Source: Rhynchopus sp. YZ270_cl-10 (Eukaryota). Taken from it: DNA of 64,000 nt. The notes under the pieces were generated by a model. The model was not told where the DNA came from, did not search any database, and was given only the letters and a program-made list of their open reading frames with translations. A program made the position numbers and the translations under genes. This document shows, one piece after another, positions 11,037 through 23,824 of this stretch (position 1 is the stretch's first letter; each line of letters starts with the position of its first letter). The stretch spans positions 1,364,001 through 1,428,000 of the forward strand of contig OZ037847.1 in the NCBI GenBank assembly GCA_964035575.1. Direction: 5' to 3'.

Positions 11037-13899
11037 TTTGGCCTCAAAGAGGTTTACTCTTCACGGCCAGGTAGTCCGTGAGAGAGTATTGCAGTAATAA
11101 AAACATCAACGCGAATATATATTTATTACACACTTTACTGGTGTTCCTGAAACACCTGTCAAGGACATATCAATATAGGCCCCCCTTCGTGACACCATTT
11201 ACGCACAAACAAACTGTCTCAGTCACACTCTAAGGGTAGAGGTATGCCTTAAAGCATCCCAGCCCTTTCGGAGTGGTACTGCACACAGTTTTATTGTTTT
11301 CGTGTACGACAAAATGCAATCCAATCAAAAAATGGGATGACACAGCTTCTCTGTTACACAGGAACGCATCGTTCAGACCGGCTACATGCACATTAGTGCA
11401 ATGTACACATCTTTCTCAGCAAAATGCACTAATCTCACACATACCTTCACGCCTTTGAACTTCCCCCTATTCTTTTCAAAATCCCCCCTTTTTTTCATTC
11501 CCCCCCAGTGGTTCGTATCTTTCCTTAAACCCTTTGGTTGCTGTGGCGTGGACATCAAAAAAGACTCCCATTTGGAGCTGTGATGTGTTTTTATGTGGTT
11601 ATCTTTCAAAATTGCTCAGTTTTTTTTTTCCCCCTCCCTTTTCCCCCCTTTTCTTCATTTTTGAGGTTCTGTTGAGGCTTCGCGGTGATTATTGGACTTT
11701 TTTTTTGTTGCTGTTGTATTTTTTTTACTGAAGGAAACCTTGTGTGACCGGCACTGAAAGGAAGTGCGCCGGCAAACACACAGTACTATTTCTGATGTAA
11801 ATTACCGCAGAAGTCTGGTTTGTTTCGTGCATTTTTTTTTTGTGGGACCCCCACCACCACCTTTCCTCCCCTCTCACTTAGATCTTTTGAAGGTGACTAG
11901 GCTTAGGTTCATCTTTTCAAAAAATTTTCTCTTTTTTTCTGATCACGATATCCCTTTTGGCCTCTTTGCATTCTACCAGCAGAGGGGGGGACTTTAGTGT
12001 GGGAGGGCTCATACGGTCTATTGAGAGATGTGTTCTGTGAGGTGCTTGAACGCTGATGTGGACAGTTCTCTCAGAGAGAAACTGTGGTCAATAAAGCGCC
12101 TTTCATCTTTGCAACGTATTTGTTTCCCCGTGTCCTCCTCCCGCATGCTTCATAAGAAACGCTCTTTTATTTTTAAAAAAGCCGTGGGGTTTGGCACACT
12201 GATGATCAAATGACCCAAAAGGAATTTAAAATACAGCAAGAAGGAGGGGGTCACTCCTCTCGGCTCATTTCTTAGATGAGTGGACAATAGGTTTAGGCTT
12301 ATTGTTATCGATTTTTTTTTTTTTGTCTATTTTTCTCTTTTGGATGTGTGCACCGTCCTTCATTGGAGGGGTAAGAGAGAAGTACGCGGTGCACCCGATC
12401 ACACTTTCTGTCGAAAGTTGCGTAAACTCGCCACAAGAGGCGTAGGTCACCATTTTTTTCTTCTTCTTCTTGAGGGCCCCTATTATACCTTCTATTCAGT
12501 AGAATAGTTAGTATATGAAACAATTCTTGAACGCCTCTTTCCAAGGTTATCATGCTATGAAACGATCTGTTTTTTTTCTCTTTTTTCAGTTTACATTTTT
12601 GAGTGTCTGCGTCCGCCGGCGTCTGGTGAGGCGTTTTGCACTTTTATTTTATTTTATTTTTGAAGTCGACTGAGCACACAGAGCCTTAGTTTCGTCTTTT
12701 TGTTTTTGTTTTTCGGCTGTACGATACTGAGTTGAAGGCACTGCTGACAGTTGTCTTACCAACTTTCCCCTCCACTTTTTTTGTGATCAAGGTGAGCAGA
12801 GGCTTGGATTCATTTCGCCCTTTTTTCCCCCTTTTCTTTTGTGAGAAAAATGTACCCACGTACATTGACACAGTTAGTGAGGAGGGTTATCAACAAAAAG
12901 CATATTACCCCCCTCCTGACCCCACACGAAACGTGAAGAGGTGCTGACCTGGCCTCCAGCTTGGAGGCCAATACCACGCACCCTTTTATTTTATTTTTTT
13001 TTGAGAGATTTTTATTCAAAAAAAAGAGGAGACAACGCTGATGGACAAAAAAAAAACTCTTTCGATTGAAAATATTATCTTCATTTTAGGTGTTTGCACT
13101 GTTTGACTTCTTCGGTTTTTTTTTATGAAATATGGCCTATAAAGGTGGGGGTAGACCCTCTTGCAGTATGCCTATTCATACAGCATAGTATTGTTTCACT
13201 GTTTTGGGCAATTTTTTTTTTTTGGCCAAACAATACAAACAACCGCAACAGTACGTCTGCCCCCTTTAAGTACAGAGACTTAGGATCATCTGTTACCTTC
13301 GCCCTTTTCTCTGTTTCTTTCTTTTGAATTTTTGTCGATACAAGAAAATGATCCTCAGGCTGGGAGGAGGGGGAAATAACACAAACCATGTGCAATCTTT
13401 CGTCCCTTGACCTCTACCTTCCTTTCCCCCCCCCTTTCCCCCTTGTGAGACTGCTTTTTTATTTTGGGTTTCTTTTTTGGCAGGCCCTTGTCTTGTACCT
13501 AGTTGGCTGTATTTGTCCGACTTTTGTTGGACAGGAAATAGCCAATAATAGGTTTTCAGACATGCTGTAGGTTTGCCTGGCTTGTGTTGGTGGAGGTAGG
13601 GTGTGTAAGAGGTTCGGTGGGGCAGTATTAAATGACCAACGTTGTCATGATCTGTTGATTATTTTGAAGCTATGGGTGTGTGCACGGCTAGAACAGTCCT
13701 CTGACAACATGGGTGTTCCGTATTCCGGGGTTTTCGGGGAAAAATCGGGTCCGTATTCCACTATTTTTCTTTGGGTGGGCTTCCCCTTTGGGGGTCAAAA
13801 ACAGGGTCAAAACACCCCAAAACTGGTCTTATTTGAATTTTTGGTAACCCGAGCGTTCAGCGGTGGTACTATAAAAAAAATTGGCGTGGCTGCATAACT

Positions 13900-14032
13900 G
13901 CACAGTGCACAGTGCACAGTGCACAGTGCACAGTGCACAGTGCACAGTGCACAGTGCACAGTGCACAGTGCACAGTGCACAGTGCACAGTGCACAGTGCA
14001 CAGTGCACAGTGCACAGTGCACAGTACACAGT
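13900..14032. repeat. (GCACAGT)n heptamer microsatellite
   Basis: About 19 tandem copies read directly from the sequence. Confidence 0.98.
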
Positions 14033-14678
14033 GGAGGAAAGGGGGTGTCCGCCGGAGGCGAAAATTTTTTTTGAGGGTTCGTCCTACAAGGAGAAAAATA
14101 TCTTTTTTGTGTTGTTTCATTCCATCCCAGTTCACGGGCACCTCATTCAGTGAAAAAGACCGTTCTAAAGTCTCTTAGTTACCCGTCTGCTCTTTTTTTT
14201 CTTCCCTACGGGAATCCCTGTAGAAAAAAAAGTGCACGATCCCAAAAGTGGTATTCGTATTCCGTCTTAGGAACACCCATGTCTGACAACCTTTTTTTTC
14301 TTTTTTTTTTTGTTGCGTTTTAGGTGGCTCAGTGGGAGAGCTCAGACTTATTCTTACCAACTTTCTCTTCCCCGTCTATTTCACTTTCTTTCTCTAAAAA
14401 AAGGGCGGTTTCTTCCGTATGGTTTCCTAAATTATTTGAAAACGGGGTTCAGTCGGCGCGGAAATGCTCCGCTTAGCCTTCTTCCAATTTCCCCAAAATC
14501 AAATAAAATATCGGAGAACTGAGACACCATTTTTAGGTGACTATGCACGAGAGGCTTAGGGTCATCTTATAAACATTTATTTTTTCTTTTCTTTTCGGGA
14601 ATGGAATTCCCGTAATATTATCTTTTTTCGCACCTCACATATTCATCCATTACAGCCTCCCCCTCCCACAATGAACAT

Positions 14679-14762
14679 TGAAGTTGCTTTTCTGCGGTTC
14701 GATAATCCCTCAGAGACCCAGCGCCTGCGTCTGCCGATGCGCGAAGCGTCTTCACTTTCAAA
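14679..14762 (+). repeat. Dispersed ~85-bp composite motif (module 2); full-length-like copies at 43927-44000 and 45100-45166, 3' halves at 12603-12645, 24856-24890, 25070-25120, 34130-34175 and 46141-46175
   Basis: Shared TGAAGTGCTCTCTGGGGTTYGATAAYCC...GGAGA...GTGCCTGCGTCCGCCGATG...GGCGTTTTGCACTWTCAACTT. Confidence 0.75.
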
Positions 14763-17545
14763 TTTTCTTGATCGGCATATGCGCAAGAGACACATTCATG
14801 GAAAAAAAAAATTCTTTTATCTTCTCAACGTGTGACAGGAGTCCACGGTTGACACTTTGTTTGATTGTCACCAAAAAGAGGTGGTGAATTGTGTACAACG
14901 TGCACCACATTCGAATCAAAACAAAACAAAAGGAAGGGTTGCTCTGTCTGCAGGTATGAGTATGACTTAGGTTCGTCTGATTTGAGAAGTATCTCTGGTC
15001 GAGAGCTCCCCCCCAAAAGAACTTCAAAATTGCCCCATTTTTTTTTGTGTTTGAATTGATGGAATAGTAAGTTGACATCTTCCCCAATTACTGCGTTGTT
15101 TTGCGTACACTAGGAAGGAGGCTGCAGCGAATGGGAGAAGGAGTTGTCAACATTTATTTTTGCTTTTCAAAGAAATTTCCATCTGACCCCCCAACCCAGA
15201 CCACTCCTATTATGTAGCTACTCCCCCCTTTTGAGCATTCCTTGTGGTTACCTAAACCAGAAAAGGGTGTTGAAAGTACTGTGCTATTTGAACAATAGTT
15301 CCAACGAAGCCAAGGAAGAACGAGGGGCATGCTACCAGAACACCCACTCATCTGTGTGGCTTTCCCCCAATAATGAAAATTGTCTGCACGTCAGTGGACA
15401 CTAAAACAACAACAGGTTATCAATCAAAAAAAAAAGAAATTCTAAAGTACTCAACTCAGTAGGTACTTTAGGCTATTGACAGTGTATGCACCCTTGGGTA
15501 TGACGTGTTTTATTCATCCCTGAGGCCAGTTTATCTTTCAAAAAAAGGTTTTTAGATAGGATCCGGTTGGAGTCTGTGTTATGCACAGGGGTGCCTTAAA
15601 GGCGTTCCTCAGTAATATTACGAAAGAACAACAAAAAAAAAAAAAGCGAGACTCTTTTCATTAACAGCTGCACCGCGGGAAAGCTCGGTAGAGCGGCCCA
15701 CAATCATGTTATCAGCCCTCACTTTCATCTTCCAAAAAAAAGTATCTCTCTTGTTTTTTTTCCACATGTCTGAACCTTTCTGCGTTTCAGCTGCGTTTCT
15801 TCCTTACGGTTTCTGATCCGCATCAAGGAAGAATTTTCAGATATTCATCTTTCAAGGCTTCTAAGTACGAGAAACTTAGGAGCCCAACAAATGCTGACGA
15901 ATACAGTAGCTAACCGAAAGAACTACTCAACAAAAGAACCGATCGATTTCTGATTTGCTCTTTTGTAGGGCAGGGACGTTGTTTAGCTACTGTAGAAAAT
16001 AAAAAAAAAAGTAAAAAAAGCGGGTGCACATTGCTGCAGTGCTGCTCCAGGATGTAACGTTCGTCGCGTTCGCAATATGCTTTCCTTCGTGGAGCTACCA
16101 AAGCATTCAGAAGAAAGTTCTTAGGCAAAAGTAGAGAAAAAAAAATAGTAGTGGAGTGCATCCTTGGGTACCTACAAAAAAGTTTTCAAAAAAATAAAAA
16201 TCCTCCGTGATTGTCGAAACTACAAAGATCGCGGTTGGGGGAAGAGGGTATTATTATGTTTGTGTGCGTGTCTGTGAGTTGAGAGTTAGAGAGAAGGTGT
16301 ACGGATGTTGTTGCAAAGTATGAAAATAAATTAAAAAAAGGTTTACCTCTCTTCCCTACCAGTTCTGTGGGTGCGTATTTTTATAAAAAAGAACGTATCG
16401 TTTTTTATTCCCTGTCTTTCTACAATCACTACCTTTTGGTTTTTTTTGGTTTTCTTTTTTATTCTTTCACGCTTTCTTTCATTTTTTTTTATTCAAAAAA
16501 CTCCCCATCTGCAAAATACTGCGTGCATTGAGAGAAATACGTTGTGTTTGTAATCTCTGTGTTTTTATTTTTGACTAATTTCCCCAACCATATGAAGTAA
16601 GGTGTTATCAACTTTGTTTCAAGGAGCAATTGCCCTTAACTAGGCTTCTGCTATCAATTGAGTGGCCCTAAGTTACCCACTAAGGGTAACTAGGTGATTG
16701 CGACACAATAACAAATAGCAGACAAAAGAATTGGGCGTACATGCGATGCCCAACCAAAAAGCGGGGTCCTTTGGTTTTTTTTTTTTAGGTACACTGTCAC
16801 GAGAGGGCTTTGTATTTCAAGTCAACTTTTTTCCAGACGTATGCACGAGAGGCATATTCATCCGTCATTTTTTTTCTCTTTTTTTTTCTTTTTTTGGGAC
16901 TGCTCCCCCTCTCCCCTCTCCCCTCTCCCCAATATCTTTAAGACGTACCCCACAAACGGACGGTGGCCAGAAGGACCCAACCTGTACCTGAACCCAGCAT
17001 AAGACGGGAACCCGTATTCAGGCACCCTGTGGCTCCTCCTCACCCCTCAGATGACACCAGGCAAAAAGAGAGGCTTAGGCTCATCTTACCCACCTTTTCT
17101 TGGGGACTAAGCACTGTCAGGCTGAGGTGCATCTCAAAGCGTTATCTTGTGTACCAGATGTTTGTACACGAAGGCACATTCATCTTACAATTTTTTTTTG
17201 TTTTGTTTTTTCCCCTTCTTAAACTCACCCCATTCCCCCGCTTCTAACAGCCGTTATTGACCGAAAAAGATTCCTCTCTCCCAAAAAAGCCCTAATCCAA
17301 ATCCCCAAAAATCCCCTCGAACCGGGAAAAAAAAAACACAAGGTGCGATTTCTACAAAAAAAAGCAAAAAAAAAGATGAAAATGAGTGTTTTGGAGTGAA
17401 ATGCGGGGGGCAAATAAGCCCTCTCAAAGAGGTGACATTTTCGACTATCGAACCCTACATCGATTTGGGTGGGGGATGGTCGATTAAAAAAAAAAAACTT
17501 GAAATTTTGGAAAGTGGAGATTGCACAATTGTGGCAACACAACCG

Positions 17546-17652
17546 AGGCAACTGCACTTTCAATGGGAATTGCAGAGGCACGAGACTCATCAGGTCGTCG
17601 AACGCATTTGCGGGCCGGGTTCGCCCGTGCCCAGCAGCTGTTGAGTGTCGCT
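17546..17652 (+). pseudogene. Isolated 5.8S rRNA-like fragment (3' two-thirds)
   Basis: AATGGGAATTGCAGA...ACTCATC...TCGAACGCATTTGCG...GC-rich hairpin...CTGTTGAGTGTCGCT follows the order of the conserved 5.8S motifs (GAATTGCAG, GAACGCA..TGCG, CTGTYTGAGYGTC). I recognised no SSU or LSU genes flanking it. Confidence 0.6.
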
Positions 17653-18158
17653 CTCCAACAATTTATCAAAAAAGGTAAACTCCAAACACCATTTTCTACG
17701 CTTTTTTCCCCCTTCTTTTCTTCTTCCTCCTCGCATGGAGGAAAAGGCAGCTAAGCGCAGCGAGGCTTGAAGGTCATTGGACCAATTTTCTCTTTTTTTC
17801 CCCCCTCTTCTTTCTCCCCCCCATCCAATCCAATCCAATCCAATCAGAAAGAGTTCCCTTGTTTTATTTCTTATATGCACTAAAAAAAAACAGTCTCCCC
17901 CCATTTATTTTCCTCCCTTCTCCCTCACCCCTCCAGCTGCTATTTTGTCGTGTTGTATTTCAACACTTCCTTCTTTGCGGAGCTTCTAACACAGCGTTCA
18001 CTGCAGAAATTCACTTTTATTCATCTTTCAGACCTATCACCAATTCTTTGTTGGGCCGCAGGGGTGGGTAATAGGGAAGGTTAACCCAATAAACGTTTGC
18101 AATCATCCCCCCCTCCCCACCTCATCCAACCACATCAGGGGAGAGAACAGGATATAAT

Positions 18159-20218
18159 ATGGCGGATCAACCGCCAATGTACCCTGCACCTGCAGGCTCG
18201 TTTGCACCTCCTGAGACCCCACCAAGCTATGCGTACGCGCCGCCCCCGATAATGGCGTCTGCACCTGCACCAGCACCTGCACCTGGCACCGCCGCACCCC
18301 CTGCGTACGGCTACACCCCTGCCAGCAATACTGCCCCCACAGACACAACATACGCATACCCCTCAACGTACCCCGGATACGCTGGGTACGCACCACCAGC
18401 ACCAGCACCAGCAGCATATCCTGGCTACCCTTCGGGTGGGTACGGCTACGCTGCTCCAGCTCCAGTCAATTCTGGCCCAAACGCACCTAACTCAGGCCCA
18501 AACGCTCCATCACGCGGACCCATCTTAGATACAAACGAAGAGAAGGACCCTAGAGACAGACAGACCGGACGCAACGTTTCAGACAGACCGAGAGACACCG
18601 ACCACCGCCCTGAGAGGGATTCGAGACGGGACTCCGATAGGGTCGACTTGGAGGGACGTCCTGGGGGGTCGTATTTTTGCCGGGATTATTCCCGCGGGAG
18701 GTGTACGAGGGGGCAGGACTGTAGGTACGGCCATCCAAGCAGTGAGTCGGGTCCGGTAGGGGGTTCACACGCACCAGGGGGAGCCTCTGGAGGGTTTCCT
18801 CGGGGAACGCTTCCTCCTGCGTCTGCGCTGCCGTCTTTGCCGCAGCCGATTTTGCATCCTCCGGGGTACGTTCAGCCTGCGATGCGGCAGTTTTCAGAGA
18901 CGGATGACTTCCTTGAAAAAGACATGCTCAACAATGAGGAGGAGGTTGAGACGGAGATCCGCACCGGATTCTTCGCGCCAGCACCCATTGCAGTAGACGA
19001 ACCAGAGCTTGCATTAGATTTGGAGGAAGATGAGCCCTCTGGCAAGCCTCTGTCGCACACTAAAAGCGATACCTTGGGGTTAAGTGAGTGGGATATCTCG
19101 CAGATGACGGCAGATGAGCTGGTAGCGCACATAGAGGGGAGGAGTGTGCGCCGTCGTGTGGACAGCACAACGCATGCCGCAGAGGAGGACAAAGGCGTGG
19201 AGGAAATGGATCTCGACGACCTGCCCCCCCTCCCGCCCCTGCCCCTCCCAACACTGCCCACCTTCATACGAGCCAATAAAGTAAAGGACATCCACAATGC
19301 GCTCGACAGAATGTACCACATCGTGCAAAAGCAGGAGTCGGACGACGTTGAGCAGCTCTGGACCACGCTGGAGGCGGACGTCGTGCTTGCGTTGGTAGAG
19401 GTGCTCAGAGAGACAGGGCTTGCACGGCTCGATGACAAACCGCTTGGGTTCCCGGCAATGGAAAACCCGCTCCTCCCTCCAGGGTATGTAGGAAAGGACA
19501 ATAAAGTTAAGGTGATGCGAAGTCGTGTCAACTTCTATCCCTTCATCAAGTGTTTTTGTACTTTATAAATTTCAAAAAATTCTGTCAATTTACAGATATT
19601 CGAGCTGGATCGTCCAAGAATCTGCTGAGGAGAAGGCACGGCGGTTGGCCAAGGCTAAGGAGAAGAAGGACCTGTTGGCGCAGAAGCGTGCGAACAAGAA
19701 GAAGAAGATTGAGGACGAAGAGAAGAAGGAGCGCATGGCGGAACAGTTCCGCATCCTGCGACAGAACATGACCGACGCGTTGGAGGCTGACAACACACTC
19801 GACCAGTGGGTCAAGAAGGAGGCCGCCGAGTACATTGAGATTCTGCTTGACGTGCCCAGGGTATGCCCACTATCTTACAGCAAACTGTTAATCTTCTGCA
19901 AAAACTCCACAAAAAGCCAAGGATTTTACTGACAAAACCTTGTGGGTTTCCCACCCCAATTGGGATTAGTTTTTACAAAAAAGGTGTTTAGTATAGTGGA
20001 GTGCATCCTCGGGTGGCTACACTAAATACAACCAAAATTTTAATCCCGTTTGACATTGAGTACAGATCCTGCAGGTGATTGTCGACACAACAACAAAAAA
20101 AAACATTATTCATCCACAACAGATCAACAAATTCATGTCGGAACCGCAATCGAAAGACAGCGTTAAGATCGTACAGGGGCTTCTCAAAGAATTCTTCTTT
20201 GATCCGATGATGAATTGA
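18159..20218 (+). CDS. CCCH zinc-finger protein with Pro/Tyr/Ala-rich N-terminus; join(18159..19483,19596..19860,20123..20218)
   Basis: Contains CRDYSRGRCTRGQDCRYGH (C-x7-C-x5-C-x3-H). Two GT-AG introns restore the frame to a TGA at 20216-20218. Confidence 0.85.
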
Positions 20219-20646
20219 TGAAAATAACGCTCAAAAAAAGGGAAAGAAAACGGGGCCAAACGACGTTGGCGTTGGGGGCGATCGGCCATGGAGATCCGAT
20301 CCGGGAGCAGGGGGGGAATGGGGGATGGGCTTTTTTGGGGAGGTTCTGTTTGATAAAACCTCCATATTTTTCATTTTCGAAAAAAGAATAAAACAAACCT
20401 TGGGGTAATAGTTCGGACGATACTACCGTTTAAAAAGAAACCCACTATTTTTTCTCCCCTCCCCTCTCAATCCTCCCCCCCTTCCCCTTCTCCCAGCTAT
20501 TTCAAAAACATCATTTCAGGAAAGGGATTTTTAAAAAGGTAGTCTTTGGCCTACATAGAGGGCTTGACTTTAAAGGTGACTAAGAGAGAGAAACGAGGCT
20601 TAGGATCATCTTATAAACTTTTCTTTGTTTTTTTCGGGGGGAAAAT

Positions 20647-22044
20647 ATGTCCGGCGAGGCGTTATACGAGGTTTTTATAGAATATGTCAACTACGGGAGC
20701 GCCACGCAACAGGAGAAGAGTATTGACAGCACCCGCTTCTCGAGGATGATCCGACAGCTGGTTCTGGTCGATCAGAACACCCGGGTGACCCTGCAGGACG
20801 CGGACGTCTGCTTCCACCAGACTATGCGGTCCTGCGGCAAACGGAAACTCGATTTTGAGCATTTCCAACGCGCGCTTCTGTTGTTAGCACCGATAGCGTT
20901 CCCTCATCTACATCCTGAGCAGGGTGCGACTGCGTTTGTGGATTCTTTGCTTTATGTGTTTCTTTCTTCAAGACATAGGAAGACTTTGGGGTCGAGACGA
21001 GAAAACAAATTTTGGTCGCGAACTCAGGTCATTGCCGATGCCGACGGCGACGACGACACTCTATTGCCCCGTAGGAGACGCGGCGCGGAATACCTCCCTG
21101 AGCATATGATGTCACCACCTCCTTCTCTCTTTGACAGCGGCGCGCCTTTACGGAGGGTAAAACCTGCTGACGCACTTTGCGAACGACGTGGCCGACGCTC
21201 TCCTACGGTGCGCCGTCTTCGTCGCGAAGGATCCCCTTTTCTTAACAACGAACACCCTCGGGGAGCAGCGACACTCCCCCCTATGCCACCACCATTTGGT
21301 ACCTTTCCTCCTATGATGCCGGGCATGCCCAATGGGATGTTTGCACAATGGATGGTAGGTGACGCCCCCGCCCCCGACGCACCCAGCCCAAACCCTCCAA
21401 CATTCGAAGAATTCCAACAACTCTTCTCCACCGGAATGCTCCCCCCCACCGCACCCACCCCAATGCAACACAGCGACGACGCATCAGACGACACCTCCTA
21501 CCTCCCCCCTCCCCACGACGGCTACGCCTCGCAGATGTACCACACCCCAATCGAGTCAGACCCACCCCGCGCATTTCCTCGAGAAAAGCAATCTCGTCGG
21601 ATCCGATCTGAGCCAAGAAAGCGGTCTGTCTCCTTCTCTGTTCCTGATGACAGTGGTATCCAGGGGGAGGAGGAGGAAGAAGAAGAAGAGGAGGAGGAGG
21701 AGGAAGAGGAGGAATATGGATTTGGTGGGTTTGGACCAGGGGATGTATTGGAGGTGAGGCAGCCGTTGCCGCTGTCGCAGCAGTCTGGGCAGGAGAAGCA
21801 GATTCCGAAATCGAAGCGGACGGGGTTAGGGATTCCACGTCCAGGATACCATACAGCGCATACGGCAGCACCGACCTTCCGTATCAGTACCCGTGCGCCA
21901 AGTCGTGCTATGCGTGAGTCTGTCGAACACGGAAAAGAGATCCAAGAAGGAATGTACCGACTCAGAAAGATAACGCAAGACCCAAACAAAAAGGTTCCCA
22001 GAACATCAAAGCGTCATATGGAGAAGTACCCTTCCTCGTTGTAA
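20647..22044 (+). CDS. p25-alpha/TPPP-like domain protein with long disordered C-terminus
   Basis: 465-aa ATG ORF. The N-terminal IDSTRFSRMIRQL...VTLQDADVCF...RKLDFEHFQRALLLLA matches the p25-alpha pattern; poly-Glu tract downstream. Confidence 0.75.
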   Translation: MSGEALYEVFIEYVNYGSATQQEKSIDSTRFSRMIRQLVLVDQNTRVTLQDADVCFHQTMRSCGKRKLDFEHFQRALLLLAPIAFPHLHPEQGATAFVDSLLYVFLSSRHRKTLGSRRENKFWSRTQVIADADGDDDTLLPRRRRGAEYLPEHMMSPPPSLFDSGAPLRRVKPADALCERRGRRSPTVRRLRREGSPFLNNEHPRGAATLPPMPPPFGTFPPMMPGMPNGMFAQWMVGDAPAPDAPSPNPPTFEEFQQLFSTGMLPPTAPTPMQHSDDASDDTSYLPPPHDGYASQMYHTPIESDPPRAFPREKQSRRIRSEPRKRSVSFSVPDDSGIQGEEEEEEEEEEEEEEEEYGFGGFGPGDVLEVRQPLPLSQQSGQEKQIPKSKRTGLGIPRPGYHTAHTAAPTFRISTRAPSRAMRESVEHGKEIQEGMYRLRKITQDPNKKVPRTSKRHMEKYPSSL

Positions 22045-22644
22045 AAGGGGGGGTGCTCAATGTACAGATTTTTTTTTGTAGATTTTTTTCAAATTAGAAC
22101 TATGTTTTGCAATTTGAAGGATGGAGGTTTTTGTTGCAATGCAAAAGACATAGAATGTTAGAGATGGAAAAATTCCCCTACCCCGGTTGTAATTTTTTAC
22201 AGTACTTCTCAGTCGACATTCCGGGTGCTCTTGTTGATGTCCGGTATGGTGGCGGTGGTGGTGGTGATCCGCAGTGACTGTGAGAGCTCCTCTTATTCCT
22301 GAGGGTAAATAGGGCTGTGTTTCCACAGAGGTGTGTTTGCTGTACCGGTACGCACTGGTGTCATCGATGTGGCTTCTGAAAGCCAGGTGCGGCCAGGCGG
22401 TCTGTGAGCCGGCAGTCAAGTTGCATACACTTTTCGTGGGTGCCGACTCCTCCAGGTTGTCTCTCCGCAGTTCTTTTCTTCAGACAATCTCCCTCTCTCC
22501 CTTGAACCGCGCCCTCTCCCACGTCTTTTTTCCCTTTTCAATGCTGCCCCAAGGTCCTTCGGCAGTCTCATAACATATCGTCAACACCCCTAACCACTTA
22601 TCCCCCCACCTCCCAGACACGCATTCCCTTAAATAAATGCGGAG

Positions 22645-23824
22645 ATGAATTTACACAGATTTTGTGTAGTTGCGGTGCTGGCTGCACAGTGTGTGTACGC
22701 AGAGGAGTGGGGTGCGGAACAATGGGAGGATATGCCTGAACCGGAGTTCCACGATGCTGATGCACTTGCAGCCTTTTTTGGGGACACAACAAACACAACC
22801 GAATCGAACGTTACTACGGAGGCCCCTGACGGTGACAACACAACCGATGTGCCTGCAACCCCTCAGCCACCACCACCAGTAGACAACACGACCACCCCCA
22901 CAACCCAAGCCCCCAACACCGCCACACCAAACCCCACCTCCGAGACGTACCTCCACCTCCGCATCAACGAAGGAACCTGCATCATGGACCCCGGGTATTC
23001 CTACTACATCCCATTAGGGACAAACGCCTTTCAACAGTTAGGGGTCTGTCTACAAGGGGTGTACATAAATTCAACGGGGCAGAGTGTTTCGTTTTATTAT
23101 ACCTTCAATGGATGCGATCTTGTGGCAAGGTGTAATGCAGACCAAGAAGGGCAGGTGGTGGCATCGTTATTGAATCCGGCGGATTGTGTGATGATTAGTG
23201 AAACGCATTCTGCGAGGGTGGTGGGGATGTGTCCGGAAAGTACGGAGATATATCGTGTGGTGTTGCAGGATTATGTGGGGTTTGCGATTAACGCGTTTCG
23301 CATGGTAGTGTCTGAGGTGCTGCCTGTTGCTATGGGGAATGTTGTGGTGCTTAAGTTTGGGGTCGAGAAGGAGGAGGACGTTGTGCAGCAGGGGTGGGGT
23401 GGCGGGTTTGCTGTGTACTTTCAGATCATTGACATCTACCAGTTATCGATAGATGAGCTGGTAAGGGCGATGGTTAGCTCGCCGCTCTCCCCATTGAACG
23501 TCCTCTACAACTCCACGCAGACGCTGCACACCCTTCAAAACGCAACCTCCATCACCGTCACCGACAAAGTCGTCGTCACCCAAGTGCACGAAGAATCGGA
23601 CACACCCATGTGGGTCTACCTGGTAATCGGTCTCATGGGGTTCGCGTTGTTAGCCCTGCTCGTCTCTTTGGTGTATTGTGTCTTCCCGACAGCATCAGAG
23701 AGGGAAGATGCTAAGGTATGTAGATTTTGTGTGAAATTGAAGTAAAATAATTAAAAAACTCAAACAGATTGAAAAGACCCGCCGAAGTCTGAACTTCTCC
23801 CATTGTCGCGTTTCCGAAATCTAG
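22645..23824 (+). CDS. Type I membrane/surface glycoprotein; join(22645..23715,23768..23824)
   Basis: Signal peptide, Thr/Pro-rich mucin-like stretch, Cys-containing ectodomain, C-terminal TM helix (MWVYLVIGLMGFALLALLVSLVYCVF). A phase-0 GT-AG intron leads to TAG at 23822-23824. Confidence 0.8.

Noticed and set aside
14315..14350. tRNA-like 5' half (TGGCTCAGTGGGAGAGC..AGACT)
   Set aside because: No T-arm/B-box (GTTCRA) or acceptor-stem partner follows.
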